A DNA stretch of 60,385 bases, the filler included, from Sphacelaria rigidula (lineage: Eukaryota), in the NCBI GenBank assembly GCA_964200075.2. It is 7 parts of 7 records of this genome, joined end to end, with 100 filler letters (N's around TTAATTAATTAA, not from the genome) between each part and the next. Parts side by side here need not be neighbours in the genome. Positions count along the whole stretch, not along the records: positions 43,207 to 51,746 come from CAXNAA020010852.1; positions 51,847 to 60,385 come from CAXNAA020010853.1; 5 more parts are not named here. One strand, written 5' to 3'. A model generated the notes under the pieces. That model did not search any database, had not been told where the DNA came from, and was given only the letters and a program-made list of their open reading frames with translations. Both the position numbers and the translations under genes were made by a program. Below are positions 47,425-60,385 of this stretch, piece after piece (the stretch's first letter is position 1; the number at the start of each line of letters is the position of its first letter).

Positions 47425-48871
47425 GATTTCAGGGCGCGGGGATTGGGAGAGCAGATAGTTCAGAGCCATTGTAGGCAGATAGTTTAGACTCACCTCAGTG
47501 AGGACGGGTAGTCGCCTCGAAAAGTTTGTCGCAGTCTTGAGTTGTAAAAAGTTAGTTCGTGTGTGACAGTACAGGGGGCAAGTTAAAGCGGGGGGAAATG
47601 TTTTATGTCGACAGTTTTGAGATCAGTATATTTTGAATTGTGGCTTGTTAAATCTGTGAGTCGCCTTGCACAGGAGAGTCACTTGAGCCACAGCATACAC
47701 CAATAGTTACACTATAGACAACATCCCATCAACCTCACAGCTCCTCAGGCCGACTCTTATGGCAGATGATCTGGATGTAAACTGTTGCGGTTCGCCCAGT
47801 TACCCGAACATAAGTTCGCCCGCCCAAATCTTCCGGAAGGGTAGTCCGCTCGAACCGCAACATTTTGAAACATTTTTCCCTTCTGTTCCAGTAAATCAAG
47901 GGTGTGCCTTTGGAAAAGCCAAAATCGTCGAAAATCGACAATCGAAAAGACAATTATGTGCCGTAGCTGGGCTGCAAACAGCCGACACTGTAGAGTAAAT
48001 TTCAAGATTGAAGTAAGCCTCAACCCCCAAACGGTGCGTTTCCCTGGACTAAAATTAAGTATGCCTAATTCCTGTTTTGTTGGGCTGGTGCACCTCAATC
48101 GCGCGGAAACTTGTTCCGCGCCTCTAGCCGATTCGACCATTTCCGTAGAAACATGCTCCCATTTTCCAGGATCCCTTGTTGTTATGAACTGTTGGAAATA
48201 TGAAGAGTTTGGTGTGGGTTTTGTTCTTTTTTATGTTGGTAACCACAGAAGAATCAGAGTCCATACGGGTTGAATACTCGTGAATTTTGAGTGAGAATCG
48301 TGTAGCAAAGTAGCATCTGCTATGAATCGCGAATGAGCAAGTTGTATGTTCAAGATCATACGGCACGAACTACGGAAACGGAATTTGTACACCCCAAGCA
48401 GTGTTACACGAATCAAGAATAAAACATTTGTACACATCATGACCTGTATAGATCATTGGTGGGAAATGTGTACACTTGATCAATCTCGTATGAATCGAGG
48501 GTGGGAAACACGTACGTATGGTTAATGCTGCATGAATGGAGATTGGGAAACATTGACGCAGTACGCATGAATCACCTCGTATGAATGGAAGGCGGAGAAC
48601 ATGTGCGAATGATTTATGCTGTACTCACATGCTCCTTGTCGATGCGGGTGCGACGTGTCCACTCGTACACGGTGTCGAGAAAAGTGGAAGGAACCTAATT
48701 TGAATCTCCGAGACACCATTCTTCAGATATCGTAAACCCCTTGATTCAAATTTGGTCAAGGGCTGATGTCCAAGTGAGAACTTTCATTCGTTTTAAGGTT
48801 CCGCTAGGGATTTGCTGCCCCGTCGAAGATGGAGAAATATGCTACGTTAGGGGTGCACAATTTTGTTCCAA

Positions 48872-49130
48872 GGAGCAATGCTACGGTAGGGGTGCACTTT
48901 TATCGCGAAATTATGTCTAGTTCGGGGGCTCCTAATGTTTCTACATACACAAAAATATGGGTCAGGGCAACCCCGTTTACACATTCATTCGGGATATTCC
49001 CAGCACATTGGAGTAGTAATCCTGGCGTACTTTCATATTTTTTCATAGGTCGTGTTTTGCATGAAATAGAGGGCTCCTAATAATTCCAATCTCAGAAAAT
49101 ATTTGTGCACCCCTACCGTAGCATCACTCC
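48872..49130. mobile_element. ~260-bp MITE with ~26-bp TIRs and an extra upstream TIR copy at ~48831
   Basis: ggagcaatgctacggtaggggtgcac ... gtgcacccctaccgtagcatcactcc; a related end occurs at ~8235-8259 on another contig. Confidence 0.7.
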
Positions 49131-51746
49131 AAGGTTAAAGTTGTCAGAAGCTCTTTATCTCATCCAAAACACCACTTACGAAATATGTGTGAGTACTCTA
49201 GGGTTACTATTCCAAAGTGCTGGAGATATCTCGAATGAATTTGCAAACGGGGATGCCCTGGCCCATACTCTTGTGCAATCTAGAATCGTTAGGAGCCCCA
49301 GAACCAGACGAGATTTCGCGCAAAACGTGCACACCTACCGCGGCATTGCTCTACAACCAAACAATACCAGGGCATGGAGGTGAACTTCCGCCTCTCCAGC
49401 ACTTGCCTGCCTCGCGCTATTCCGCTCCGTTCCCCAGATGCTAAGGTCTTCCTTCCTCCGACCTTGGCCCTACAGCCGTCGAGGCCGAGTTTGGTCAGCT
49501 GATCGGAGCAACCCCCGAAAGGATACAACAATCGTCTCGTGCGGAAACTCAGTACTACCTACTGTCAAAGGCCTTCATGCCACAGTCACGCGGAAACTAG
49601 ACGACATCTCCTGTCGAACTACTTCGCGCTCACGCCATAAGGTGAACACCACCCATGACAGAGCCGATCCCTTCCCTCGGCTGTGGCCCCGAGCCCAGCC
49701 CAGGTTGTACCAGCTGAAGGCAGCAACTCCCAGAAGGGTACAACACTCGGCTTGCGCGGAGAATCAGCTACTTTCACTGTCAAACTGCTTCGCATCACAA
49801 AAGTGCGGGACTGAGGTACAACTAGTGTCATGCCCACCGGCACCACACGGTGGATAGCATCCGCAACACTGTTTTTTACGTGATAATGATGTCGGAGCAC
49901 ACCTTGTCCTTGTCGGCAGGGGTCGCTAATCTAAATCACCACCGCCCCAGGTAGCAATGTGGGTGTAAGCATCAAAGGTCGACTTGGTGGAGGTCGCCGT
50001 GCGCTGCCTACACCAATAATACTTCGAAATATCGTTGCATTCCTTTACCTACTGGTAGTTTTTGACAACTGGTATACGCCGTGCAAATTTGGATTCCAAT
50101 ATGCAAATTGTTTGGGCCTCGGGCGAAAAACAGTTCTGGGGAATTCAGATGGTTCGAGATGAAATCAGATCACCGACTGGTTTCGGCCTCCATCTGTCTC
50201 CTCGCAAGGGGCGCACCCAACTGCCGCCCGAAACCAGGAGTTGGGGACAGCGGAGTGCGCTTCGACCGGAAAGCCTTCACGTTCGACCGATGTTGAAGCG
50301 CGATTGTTTCGCAGGCCGTTGCCGCCAAGCTTCGGAATACCACCACCTCTGCCGCATCCCTTGACGTCGATGACATGGCATCTACCTTTGCGCAAGCCCC
50401 GTGACAGGCGGCCGCGGATACACTTCCTCCATGTCTCGATAAACCCCCCATCAAAAGGATTCCGCGAGTCGCCACAGACGCAAGATCGCCCCCAAAAGGC
50501 ATGGAATATCAGGGAGCGCGGATGACAAAAGCTACGCGCGAGCCCCGACGACCGCGTCCTATGAACGGCGCTGGAGACGCAGACAAGGCGCTCAAGCGGA
50601 TGAAGGACGCTGAACCGCAGAACTTCTGAGATGGTCAAGTTCTACGTGGGTCCCCACGCGAGGAGCTAGGGGATGCTCAAGATATGCAACCAGCGAACTA
50701 CAACCGGTGCACCTCGATGCATTAAGCACACTTCACAAGATCATTGAGCTCGATGCGTACCTCATCAGATAAAGTCTCACGTTCTGAGAGGGTACCTGGG
50801 AGCACGCGGTGGAGTCCTCAAGGGAATGGACTTATGGATTGTATCATAATTGGCTTGCTCACTGTTTCCTCGTGTGTAAACTTTCGTTCTCGGCAGGGAG
50901 GATGTACTCATAATCAGACGGAATACGACACCCGTACTATGCAAACGGGATACGACGTACTATACACGACACGCGTAATCCGAAACACCTCTTACTCGTA
51001 CGGCTGAATATCACGCGGAACATCCTCCCTTTTGCCTTGTGGGTGTTTCTGACACGAGGCAAGAGAAATCTCGACCAAAACAAAACGTCGGTGATAGTTT
51101 ACTCAAATCCGTATGCCACCAGTTTTTCGTCTCACCAAAGACGAGAAAACCGCAAAGTATCACGTCTATGGTTGAACGTGGAAAAAACCTAGTCGTGCAC
51201 TTTAAGAGATGGACAAAGCTTAGTGAGGGAAAATCTTCATCTCTGAGGAAACCCTCTCACGCCCTTCCCGCCGATAACGACTGCTTTCGCGTATCCGGTA
51301 CGTCTTCCTGGTCTCAGTTCCGCTGAAGAACAACTACCATGAAGAATAGATGACAACCGCGCGTAGACACCCTCGGTCAGTTACACCGATCGCGGGTACT
51401 GTGAGACTTGAACCGCACGAAAATCTTCATGAAAGCGGTCATTGTTTGATGAGAAAGCTCGATGTGATAGACCATTCTCTCGTCGACCAGGGACTGCCAT
51501 CCTACCGGACAGTGAGAAGCTTCTAACGTAATAGGCTCATGGAATGCTCAATCACTACGCAGTGTCGAAGCAGGTATCGGGCGTCCACCCTTTCACACAA
51601 GGCCGACACTACGCAGGGCTGTGTATATGCTTTTGCAAGACAATGTTGAAGCGCCTTAAGATCAAGCCAACGTTTACCAGGAAAAAAAGCTAATAACAAC
51701 AAATTGTGAGAATTGAGGTTTAACTTCGAGATGAGGCTCAAGCCCA

Positions 51747-51846
51747 NNNNNNNNNNNNNNNNNNNNNNNNNNNNNNNNNNNNNNNNNNNNTTAATTAATT
51801 AANNNNNNNNNNNNNNNNNNNNNNNNNNNNNNNNNNNNNNNNNNNN
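51747..51846. other. Artificial contig spacer
   Basis: 44 N + TTAATTAATTAA + 44 N. Confidence 0.98.
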
Positions 51847-52215
51847 TCGTCCATGTGAAACCCATTGGTCATGACTTTAGGTCAGGGAAAGTACTGTTTT
51901 CGAGTTGAAACTCATTCAAATGTTGAACCTCAATAACGAATCCAGGCTGTTAGAGGTCGCCCGTCGAAGCAGCATGTACCAAATTCCGCAACCTCTATAA
52001 TAAAAGCAAAACAGTTCGGTTTTCCCAACTACATAAACATGATTTTAAGGACTCTTGTGGTCTGAGGGAAAGTGGCCCCTTTGGCTCCGTCCACACGTGC
52101 GAAGATACTGTAAACCAGCAGTGCCAAACTTTTCTGACATGGAGACACCGCAATTAGTACAGAACGGAACAGAATTTAACAGTGGATTCTCGAAAATGGG
52201 ATTGAAACAAAATGA

Positions 52216-52556
52216 GGTTCAACTCGAAAGCCGTACTTTCCTTGACCTGAATTCATGACAAATGACTTTCATATGAACCATCCCATCCCTCCCAACCTCC
52301 CCATAACTATTTCGGGGGATTTATAACCGTCCATCCCCCCAAAGGGTATGTGCGAAATCATATTTTTGTCTCGATTTCGGGGTGGAAAAAGAACGTTTTT
52401 TGTCCCCAAAATCGTGCCTTTGCACATACCCTTTGGGGGAACGGGAGGCTATAAATCCCTCGAAATAGTTCTAGGGAGGTCGGGAGGGATGAAGTGGTCC
52501 ATATGAAACTCATTTATCATGAATTTAGGTCATGGAAAGCACGTCTTTCGAGTTGA
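52216..52556. repeat. Foldback with ~140-bp arms
   Basis: caactcgaaag...cccccaaagggtatgtgc versus gcacataccctttggggg...ctttcgagttg; a third partial arm lies at 51847-51912. Confidence 0.85.
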
Positions 52557-54130
52557 AACGACACTTTATACGGTAGCCCCCCCCAAAAAAGTGCATGGTT
52601 TTGGGAGGCAAAATCTTCACGTAAATCGAAGTGGAAAAGGAGAACGCCGAGCACAACGAGAAGCTGGGAATTCCCGCGATTGGGTCCGTTCTAGCCAATG
52701 TCGCCAATAGGAGGCGCTTCATGCAGCCTGAACCCAAACATCAGGCGCTGTATGACCATTTTTTCCGTGACACTTTTAAGCTGGTTTTGGTGTGGGGCTA
52801 TCGTAGAAAGTGTCAAACTCAATATTTTTTCAACCCTATTTTCGAGAATCCACTGTTAATTGACGGTTTAACGTTCGTAAAGAAAGCAACGGGCATTTAA
52901 CGGTTAGCAGGTTGGGAAACACGGAATTTCGTAGAGGAGACCCTATATGTTTCCCGCGAGTGTTACATGCGATTGCAAAAACACCGTCGTCCTTCTTTAA
53001 TACCTGGCGGGAGAATAGGGAAGCCACAGCTCCTCAGACCACTAGAGTCATTTTAATCGTGTTTATATAGTTGAAAAAACCGAACTGTTTTGTTTTTACA
53101 GAGGTTGCGAAATTTGGTACATGTTGGTGACGGGAACATTGCCCTATTTTTCAACGACATGTTTTTCAGCGCACAAAGGCGCGTCCTGTCCAACAACAGA
53201 GGCAGAGACAAGTCGATCTTCGCATTCGTGAGCTCCGCAGGCAAGAAGAGACGAAATCTCTCCGCACCTCGATGTTCTGGCACATGGAAAACTGGGTACA
53301 TGCTAGTAAGATCGATGATGCCAGTCTCTCGAGCGATTGGTAATCGCCGAGCGAGGACACACAAAGGGCACGGGCGGGGAGCTTCCTCTCTGTCGTTGCT
53401 TCTCTGTCTGGTGATATCGTCATCGACACGCGTGTACACCGCGTTCGTTCGTTGCACCTAGCCACAGCTGCGTAACTGCTGCGAACATTTGGGGGGGAAG
53501 ATGGCTTCGCTTGGTCGTAAGTGTTTCGCGTCATCCCTGCAAATAAGAAACGCCACTTGAACCTCATTTTTGAGATGGGCCCCATTTTGTAGGACCCGCT
53601 GTTGTACATACATACATGTCGAAGGCGGTATCCTTCAATCTTCCTGGGATTTCTCGGTATACTGCCATGGGTGGCTTCTCAAGATTTGCACGAACAACCA
53701 CAACAGACATTTTCTAATCCGTCCAACAAGGATTACCGTGTCGCTCTACTCAGTAACCGGTCGAATTTGTTTAGGGCCAAGATGAGGTCGTTTTGGAACT
53801 GGTCAGTAGTCTAGTTGGTTGTCTCTCAAACCGTCACAAGTGGGAATTACCCTCGTTTTCCAATTCAATGTGATTCCGATTGAAAACATTACACCATTTC
53901 TCTTGGCGGTCGATAGTGGTTGAAACTTTATTATTGACTGCATGCGAACACCCACCCTCCTCTCCGTGTTAATGATCCGCACATGCTCCAGGATCCAAAG
54001 TCAAGACTTGACGTAATCGGGTAAACCCACGACACGCGGCGAGCCACGCCGATCATTCGGCGTGAACACCAGATTTATAAATTGGGGATGGATCTTTTAT
54101 TGAGGATGAGAACTTGGAGGAATGAAATCT

Positions 54131-54402
54131 TCGAAATATAGTTCCACTCCTTCACCTACTGGTAGCTACTGACAACTGCTACATGCCATACAAATCTGGA
54201 TCCTGATTGCCGACATGTTGGGGTCCCAGGTGAAGAAAGAATTTGGGGAATTTAGATGATGCGATCAGATCGCCGAAATTCCCCAACATTTTGTTCTTCC
54301 CCTAGGACCCCAAGACTTCGGCTATCGAGATCCAAATTATTGTATGGCGTATAGTATTTGTCAGTAGCTACCAGCAAGTGAAGAAATGAAAACATATTTC
54401 GA
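54131..54402. repeat. Foldback with ~125-bp arms
   Basis: tcgaaatat...ctggtagctactgacaa...tggggaattt versus aaattcccca...ttgtcagtagctaccag...atatttcga; a half copy lies at ~50020-50175. Confidence 0.85.
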
Positions 54403-57400
54403 CACTTTTCACGATTGCTCCCCCCTAAAAAGTGCACGGTTCGGGGTGGGAAAATGTTCAAGTAAATCGAAATGGAAAAAGTCGAGCACAACGAGAAGCT
54501 GGGAATTCCCGCGCTTGGGTTCGTTCTCGCCGATGTCGCCAGTATGATGCGCTTCATGCAGCCTGAACCCAAACATCAGGCGCTGCATAGCCATTTTTTC
54601 GTGACACTTTTGGGCTTGTTTGAGGGGGGGGGGGGGGGGGGCCTTGGTNNNNNNNNNNCGTACACTGGTTTTTGTTTTTTGTTTGGGTTGTTTGGGTGGG
54701 GGTGGGGGGGGGGGGGGGGGGGGGCTTCGTAGAAAGTGTATTTCGAAGATTCGGTGTGGATACGAAGTTTTCAATTCTCCGGGCCTCTCATCCCCGAAAA
54801 AATCCATCCCCAATTTGTAAAATCCCGTGTCATGAGTCATGCGATACTACAGTGTCCGTGCAATCCCTTTGTTTCACCCTCAAGTGGCCGCGGGATGATA
54901 CCTCTGCTGGTCTGTTGTAGTGTACACTTCCAAATTATCTTGTAGTCTTGCTCCCCCCGCGCTGTACTTGTTTGCCCTCCGGCAACCCCGACAAAATGCG
55001 GACAGATGCGGAACCCGGTGAGCTGAAGATAAATCAAGGGGGAAAAACAGCATTGGAACGAGAAACAAGACCACAAAAAGGAAAACAAAAATTGCGCCTA
55101 CATCACAATACTTTCCGCGGCACACACAATTCCTTCGCACTCTCGTGCTACAAAAAAAAAAAATACTTTTCAGCATCAGAACGATACCTACTACATATCC
55201 TCACACGACAGAAAGGTTCAAAGTTTCACCAACCCGCACTCAACCTGCTGAGCACTCCCCCGCTTCCACAAACAACGAAAATCTAGGTAAAGGAGCTGAC
55301 AACATGCTAATCCCGCATGGGCTACTGCTACCGCAAACTCGCGTTTATTGGCGATTCCCAGAGAAACACCGCTGTCACTGCTATTCCCACCCAGAGTTTT
55401 GGATTCCGTCCAACAGGACCCTCCACCGAATAGTCGGTCCTGTCCCCAACTTACAACCTACCCACACATACATCCCACTGGATGGACTACATACAGTAGG
55501 GTGTGCTACACAACACAAAGTCTAACGACCCATGGAAATTAAACAGCCATCACTCATATGAGTCGCATCGTCGACAGGATCCCACCACGGTACAGAAACA
55601 CAACGCACGCGGAACAACGCATAGCGAGTATGCTACTGTCATTTTAGAAACGTGAATGTTGTCGAGCAGCAGCAGCAGCAGCAGCAGTAGCAGCTGTTAA
55701 TTTCGGCTCGACAATTTTTCAACGTTCCGGGACAAGACATCAAGAGACAAGAGGGGTATACGCACAAAACTCCCAACCCTTGCAATATCACGCGTGCATT
55801 TCCCTTTGAACCAACCCGTACATACTTCGACAATCATGTATTCGATATCCCGTGTGCGGGGCTGTCCAACTCTCACTTCGCGCAGATATCTTTCCATTTT
55901 TTGCACCCTGGTTGCCCCCCTTCTGGGGCGACAGCGCGGAGGATGGAGAAGCGGATCGATGTGAGGCAAAGTCCACATGTTTTCCGAAGTCACGGCTTTA
56001 GTCGAGCGCGAGTCTGAAACAACAGGCTACGCGACCGCATCCAGCTGAGCCGTGAACGCGGAGATGGTCATCGAAGAGCCATCTGCAATTCTGGTTAGAC
56101 ACTGCAACATGAGCAATAAAACTCCAGGCTTGCGGTCACCCCTTTTGCACGTTCGTACCAGCCAGCGGCTACATGCTACGCCTGTTGTGAGTGGACGAGT
56201 GCCTCTCTTGTGCTGACCCATGCAAGCCGCGATGACCCCCACCAACCGCAGGCCGTGAACCTCCTTCGCCCTCACAGGCTGTCATAGTGAAGGAAGCTTC
56301 AGAAGCCCAGCAAATATCCTACTGCGTACCCTCCCTCAAAACGGGTGTACCTCCCCCCCCCCCCCCCCCCCCCCCCCCCCACCCCCACCCCACAACACCC
56401 CCCCCCACCCCCTCCCCCCCTCCCACACGGANNNNNNNNNNCCCCACCGGCGGTCATAGTGGAGGAAGCTTCAGAAGCCCCGCAAAAAACCTCCCCCGTC
56501 CCCCCCCCCCAAACGGGGGTCCCCCCCCCCCCCCCCCCCCGCCCCCCCGACCGCGACCTTAGGCCTGGCTCACAATGAGTTTTTCCTATAATCGAGGGAG
56601 TTGGTTATGGCCTGCAGTCGGTAGAGGCCCTCGGGAGTCTACACACTGGCACATCCGAACCTTGGACGCCAGTATCACAACAACAAACGGATTTTTAGCA
56701 AAACTTCGACGATAAAAAAAAACGAGCGACTGCAGTACACGGTACCCACATTGATAGCAGATGACAAATGTAATATAAAAATAAATGTATTAACTACATA
56801 TAACACTCGGCAAAAAAGAGAACAAAAAAGGAAAAGCATGCGCTACGACCAATGACCAATGATCGTCCGTGACAAACCACGAAGACACCCAAGGGCGTCA
56901 ACAGATGGAGACAATAGATACAACTTGCATGAATACACTCGAGTAGTTTCCCTACCCAAGAGGTGAAATTATCCATCGTGCCGATCAAAATCAGCGATGG
57001 CATAGTAGCGGTCGCCTCATAGTCAAGCACTTGATGGAGGAATTCGACACCGTCTCGAGTGTTTAAAAAAAGAAAGGAAAACGCGTTTCGGTCGCGTCCC
57101 TCGCCGACATAGATCTCTGTATACAGACCCGCGACAGCGAATGCTGTCGAGCTGAACGGTCGGGCCCCTGAGATGATTGGTGGATCGATTCTCGCCCGCC
57201 AACATTAACTCATCCGCCACGAATACGGTTTGCTGGATGCACCCAAGGCCGATGAAAGGAAGCACTAGTTGCACTAAAACTAGTGTCAAGGGCGCGGGGG
57301 GGGAGGGGAGAGGGGGGAGGGAGAGAGACAGAGTAAACTGGCATCGACGCCGGGCGAAAACCAAGTACCTAACACGAGAAAAAAAACATGCTACTGCCAT

Positions 57401-58624
57401 GGCTTGAGGGTAGAGTAGGTCGTACAGGAAGCAAGGCCATGGGAGCATGTTGCGACTCAGCTATCTGAAGACCGCGCACCATCGGACAGAAATTACAGTA
57501 CCAGCAGATAACTCTGCTGGGAGGAGATACACCGCAAGCACATGGCAAGCTGAGAAGGAGGAGAAATCACAAGGACACGAAGAGAGAAAAAGATGCGAAG
57601 AAAATTAGACACAAAAGAAGACAAAAGAAAAAGCACAAGAGAAAAAACAAGAAAAAACAGAAGAAGAAAAAGACGAAGACACAAGAAACGACAACTGAAC
57701 AGAAGAAGAAAAACAGGTGACAGCAACAAGACAGAAAAAAAAACAAGAAACAAGCAAAAAAAAAATGAGTTACGGTAGGAGAACGAAATAAGAACGGGAT
57801 GAGTGAACACAAGAGAAAAAGAAGACGACCAAAGGTGGACGGAAAGGAGAAGAGGAGAGGACCAACCCAGGGACAACGCACAGGACGAATAGAGATCCAG
57901 AAATGAAAGTAGGAGTCAGAACTGGAGATATAAGCCAAGGATGGGGTGCAACAACCCATGGGACAATACGGGAATATCACGTTCCTCGGTAACCCTCCCC
58001 CCCCTCCCCCACCCCTCTCATCCTTGGTCAGGAACAAAGCGAGCCGCTCGACCATCTTCAACTCGGAGTCCTCTAGGGCTGTTGATGCTGTAGTCGAATT
58101 AGCGGTGGCGGTTCTCCTGTTGAAAGCTCTAAGCCCAGCAGCCTCTTCCTTGTAGCATATAATCGGCTCGGCGGAGGCGTCGCCTCGCCATGCCTCCTGG
58201 AACCCCTCTGTGCCCTTCTAGACCCCCAGGTGCCATTCGAGAAGTCCTCAGCGGTAGCAATCTAACGTTGCAGATCCTTCACCTCCAAGGCGGGGATGAG
58301 TCACTTTCCGCGTGTTTGCCTGGGTTGCCCCCGAGGGCTGGAGGCCGTTTCCCCTCCGGTGTGTTTCGAGGACCGACCAGGGCCTCCAAGTCCGTGTGCA
58401 GCAAACGGCCTCCCGACATGTTGCGCCTTTGTTTGGTACGTGCGCAAAACGAAAAAAGCGGGTGGTTTGGTCGAGTCGCATGGGTTACGAGCGCGTTGAG
58501 GTTGGTTGGCAAGAGCTAGGTGTTTTTTTTCTTGCAAGATCCAACTCATTTTTTCGGACATGTGTGATCTTTGTGTTGGATGGTCGATTTAAAATCGCTT
58601 TGATTTCTGTACGTCAGCTGATAA

Positions 58625-58700
58625 CAATGTTTTCGTAAGATTGAGAGTACAGGATACGATTGAGAGTAAAAAGCGGCCAATTAGTGAATGAATCGTTTCT
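58625..58700 (+). repeat. Dispersed repeat shared with 34395-34466
   Basis: tttcgt(a/g)agattgagagta...gatacgattgagagt(a/g)aaaagcgg(c/t)caat..ag.gaatgaat is present in both. Confidence 0.75.
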
Positions 58701-60299
58701 GTTCCGAAATGCCCCTCCACGAGGCCCAGTATGCTTTCTGCAGCAGCTTGCCACTGGGGTCCTTGATGCCCCTGAGTAGGATATCGACGTGTAGCTATAA
58801 ACACACGCCAGTGATGGAGGTAAAGAAAAGCGCACACGGAGTGAAAAAATGGCTGAGAGCAAGCGAATGATTAAAGCCACTCTCAATCAGCGTTCTACTC
58901 TCAACCTCACGAAAACGTTGTTTGATGCGCTTACAAATCAAGCCGTTGTCACGAGATAAACGCATGAATTTCCGCGAGCGATATGTATCCCCCATGTGCG
59001 AAGCAAAACATCAAGGCAGTCAATCTGCTAGAACAGCAAGTGCAAGCTTTGAGCCTATCTGAAATGACTACTGACCCTTAAAAAACGCTCCCACATTTCC
59101 TCTCTTCAAGCCAGAAGCATCCTTGGGGGATGATGGTCAGGGGTGAGCATTCGCCACAAAACGGAGGGACGGCGTTTCTCGGTTGGGAAAACAGATTTTC
59201 GGGCGACTACACGCAAATAAAGTCATCGCAAAACTGCACCTTATTCGCTGGAAAGTTACACCAGATCCAAGTCCTTCGCTCCGGGTGTGAAATTAACTCC
59301 CTCAGGATACATGACCTCGAACTTGTCCACGATGTTTTTCAACTTTCCCTGTCATCCGCGGTCATCAAGGGTTCGTTGGTTTCATCATATCTGATCAACC
59401 GTCGAAAACAGTAAGATTGTGATCGTTATCCCAAGTGAGGGTTCGTGTGCTTCATCTTGAACGATTGAGGTCGAGGGGAAGGCGAAAAAAAAAAACATTC
59501 TTGAGATTTAGGGTTCGTTCCGTTTCGACCGCTGTGAAAAAAAAAAAATGAAATCGTGGCATGTGAAGAAGTTCCACGAAAGAGCAGTATCTTTTCAGTG
59601 TAGTATGTTTTCAGTGTCGTGTCTGATACGTCTATGCATAGACATCGTGTCTGTTTCTCAAGTCCCTCTCGAACACAAGAAGCAGTGAAAGCCGACAATG
59701 CATTGAAAAAAGGGTAACGCACACAAGACAAGAGAAAAATTAAAAGGATATAGAAAAAAAAGTAATTCATATACGCTACATAAGATGCACGTAATCAAGA
59801 TGGACGCCCGAAACTTCTCCCACAAGCAAAAAACACACACGCTCATGTAACTTCGTTTTCTGAACTGCGCGACTTTTGTTCCCTCTAATTTTTGCGAACA
59901 GTGAACAACATAGGATAGCATGCCGTCTTCTGACCTTGACCTCTTTCACGAGCTGAAGTTGTTTCGTCAGTTGTCCTTCCGTTGCCCGCTTCGTTTTCGC
60001 AGAGCTTTTGTATTTCCTCCCCGGAGTCACGCCCTTTTTCTTTCCGTTTGTACCTTCCGCAGCCCCGGTGCTGCAAGGACCCCCAATAAGATACGAGAGA
60101 GGTTATTGGGGGCGAACGGGCAGTAACAGTCGTGGAGGACGGCGAAAGTGGAAAAGAAAAAACGGGTGATATTCCCGCAATGTCGGATGATAATCAAATT
60201 TTTTACAGCCTGAAAATATTGTCGGAGAGTGTTCGTTCTTTCTGCATACGAGGAATTTTCAACTTTCTGTTCCTCAGACCCCCGCCTTTACCAAGACAC

Positions 60300-60385
60300 C
60301 CATGTGGCAGTGTATAAGCCGCTGCTGTCTCAGGAAGTGGCGATACCAGATAATGAAGCAACTCATTGGAGGCTGTCATCCAAAT
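60300..60385 (-). repeat. Interspersed repeat family A copy (truncated by the window end)
   Basis: ggaagtggcgataccagataatgaagcaactcattggaggctgtcatccaaat matches ~135-185 (reverse complement). Confidence 0.85.

Noticed and set aside
55800-57450. Minus-strand exon-like segments
   Set aside because: No phase-consistent, stop-free model or recognisable domain; the region includes a gap and unreliable poly-C sequence.

Overview
This is eukaryotic, intron-rich, repeat-dense DNA of roughly balanced GC. Intron style and transposon content suggest a brown alga (Phaeophyceae, Ectocarpus-like); that assignment is inference. It is not one locus. Six identical 100-bp spacers (44 N + TTAATTAATTAA + 44 N) join seven contigs of 8542, 8542, 8541, 8541, 8540, 8540 and 8539 bp, so these are unplaced contigs concatenated by size and adjacency across spacers means nothing. 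Host genes recovered by manual splicing: three internal exons of an FAD-dependent monooxygenase (+), the terminal exon of MZT1/MOZART1 (-, absent from the ORF track), a seven-exon or longer ATP-grasp protein with a hydrophobic N-terminal region (+), and the 3' part of a low-complexity hypothetical protein (+). Mobile DNA: a decayed Ty3/Gypsy element whose integrase ends in a chromodomain plus a second Tudor-like domain, an RTE-type LINE 3' fragment, a pogo/Fot1-like transposase remnant, a gag remnant, a tRNA-derived SINE, several foldbacks/MITEs and tandem repeats. The best novelty candidate is a 284-bp, highly structured, A-tailed insertion with a 10-bp target-site duplication (10799-11082). 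It contains a degenerate type III hammerhead-like fold, which is unproven.
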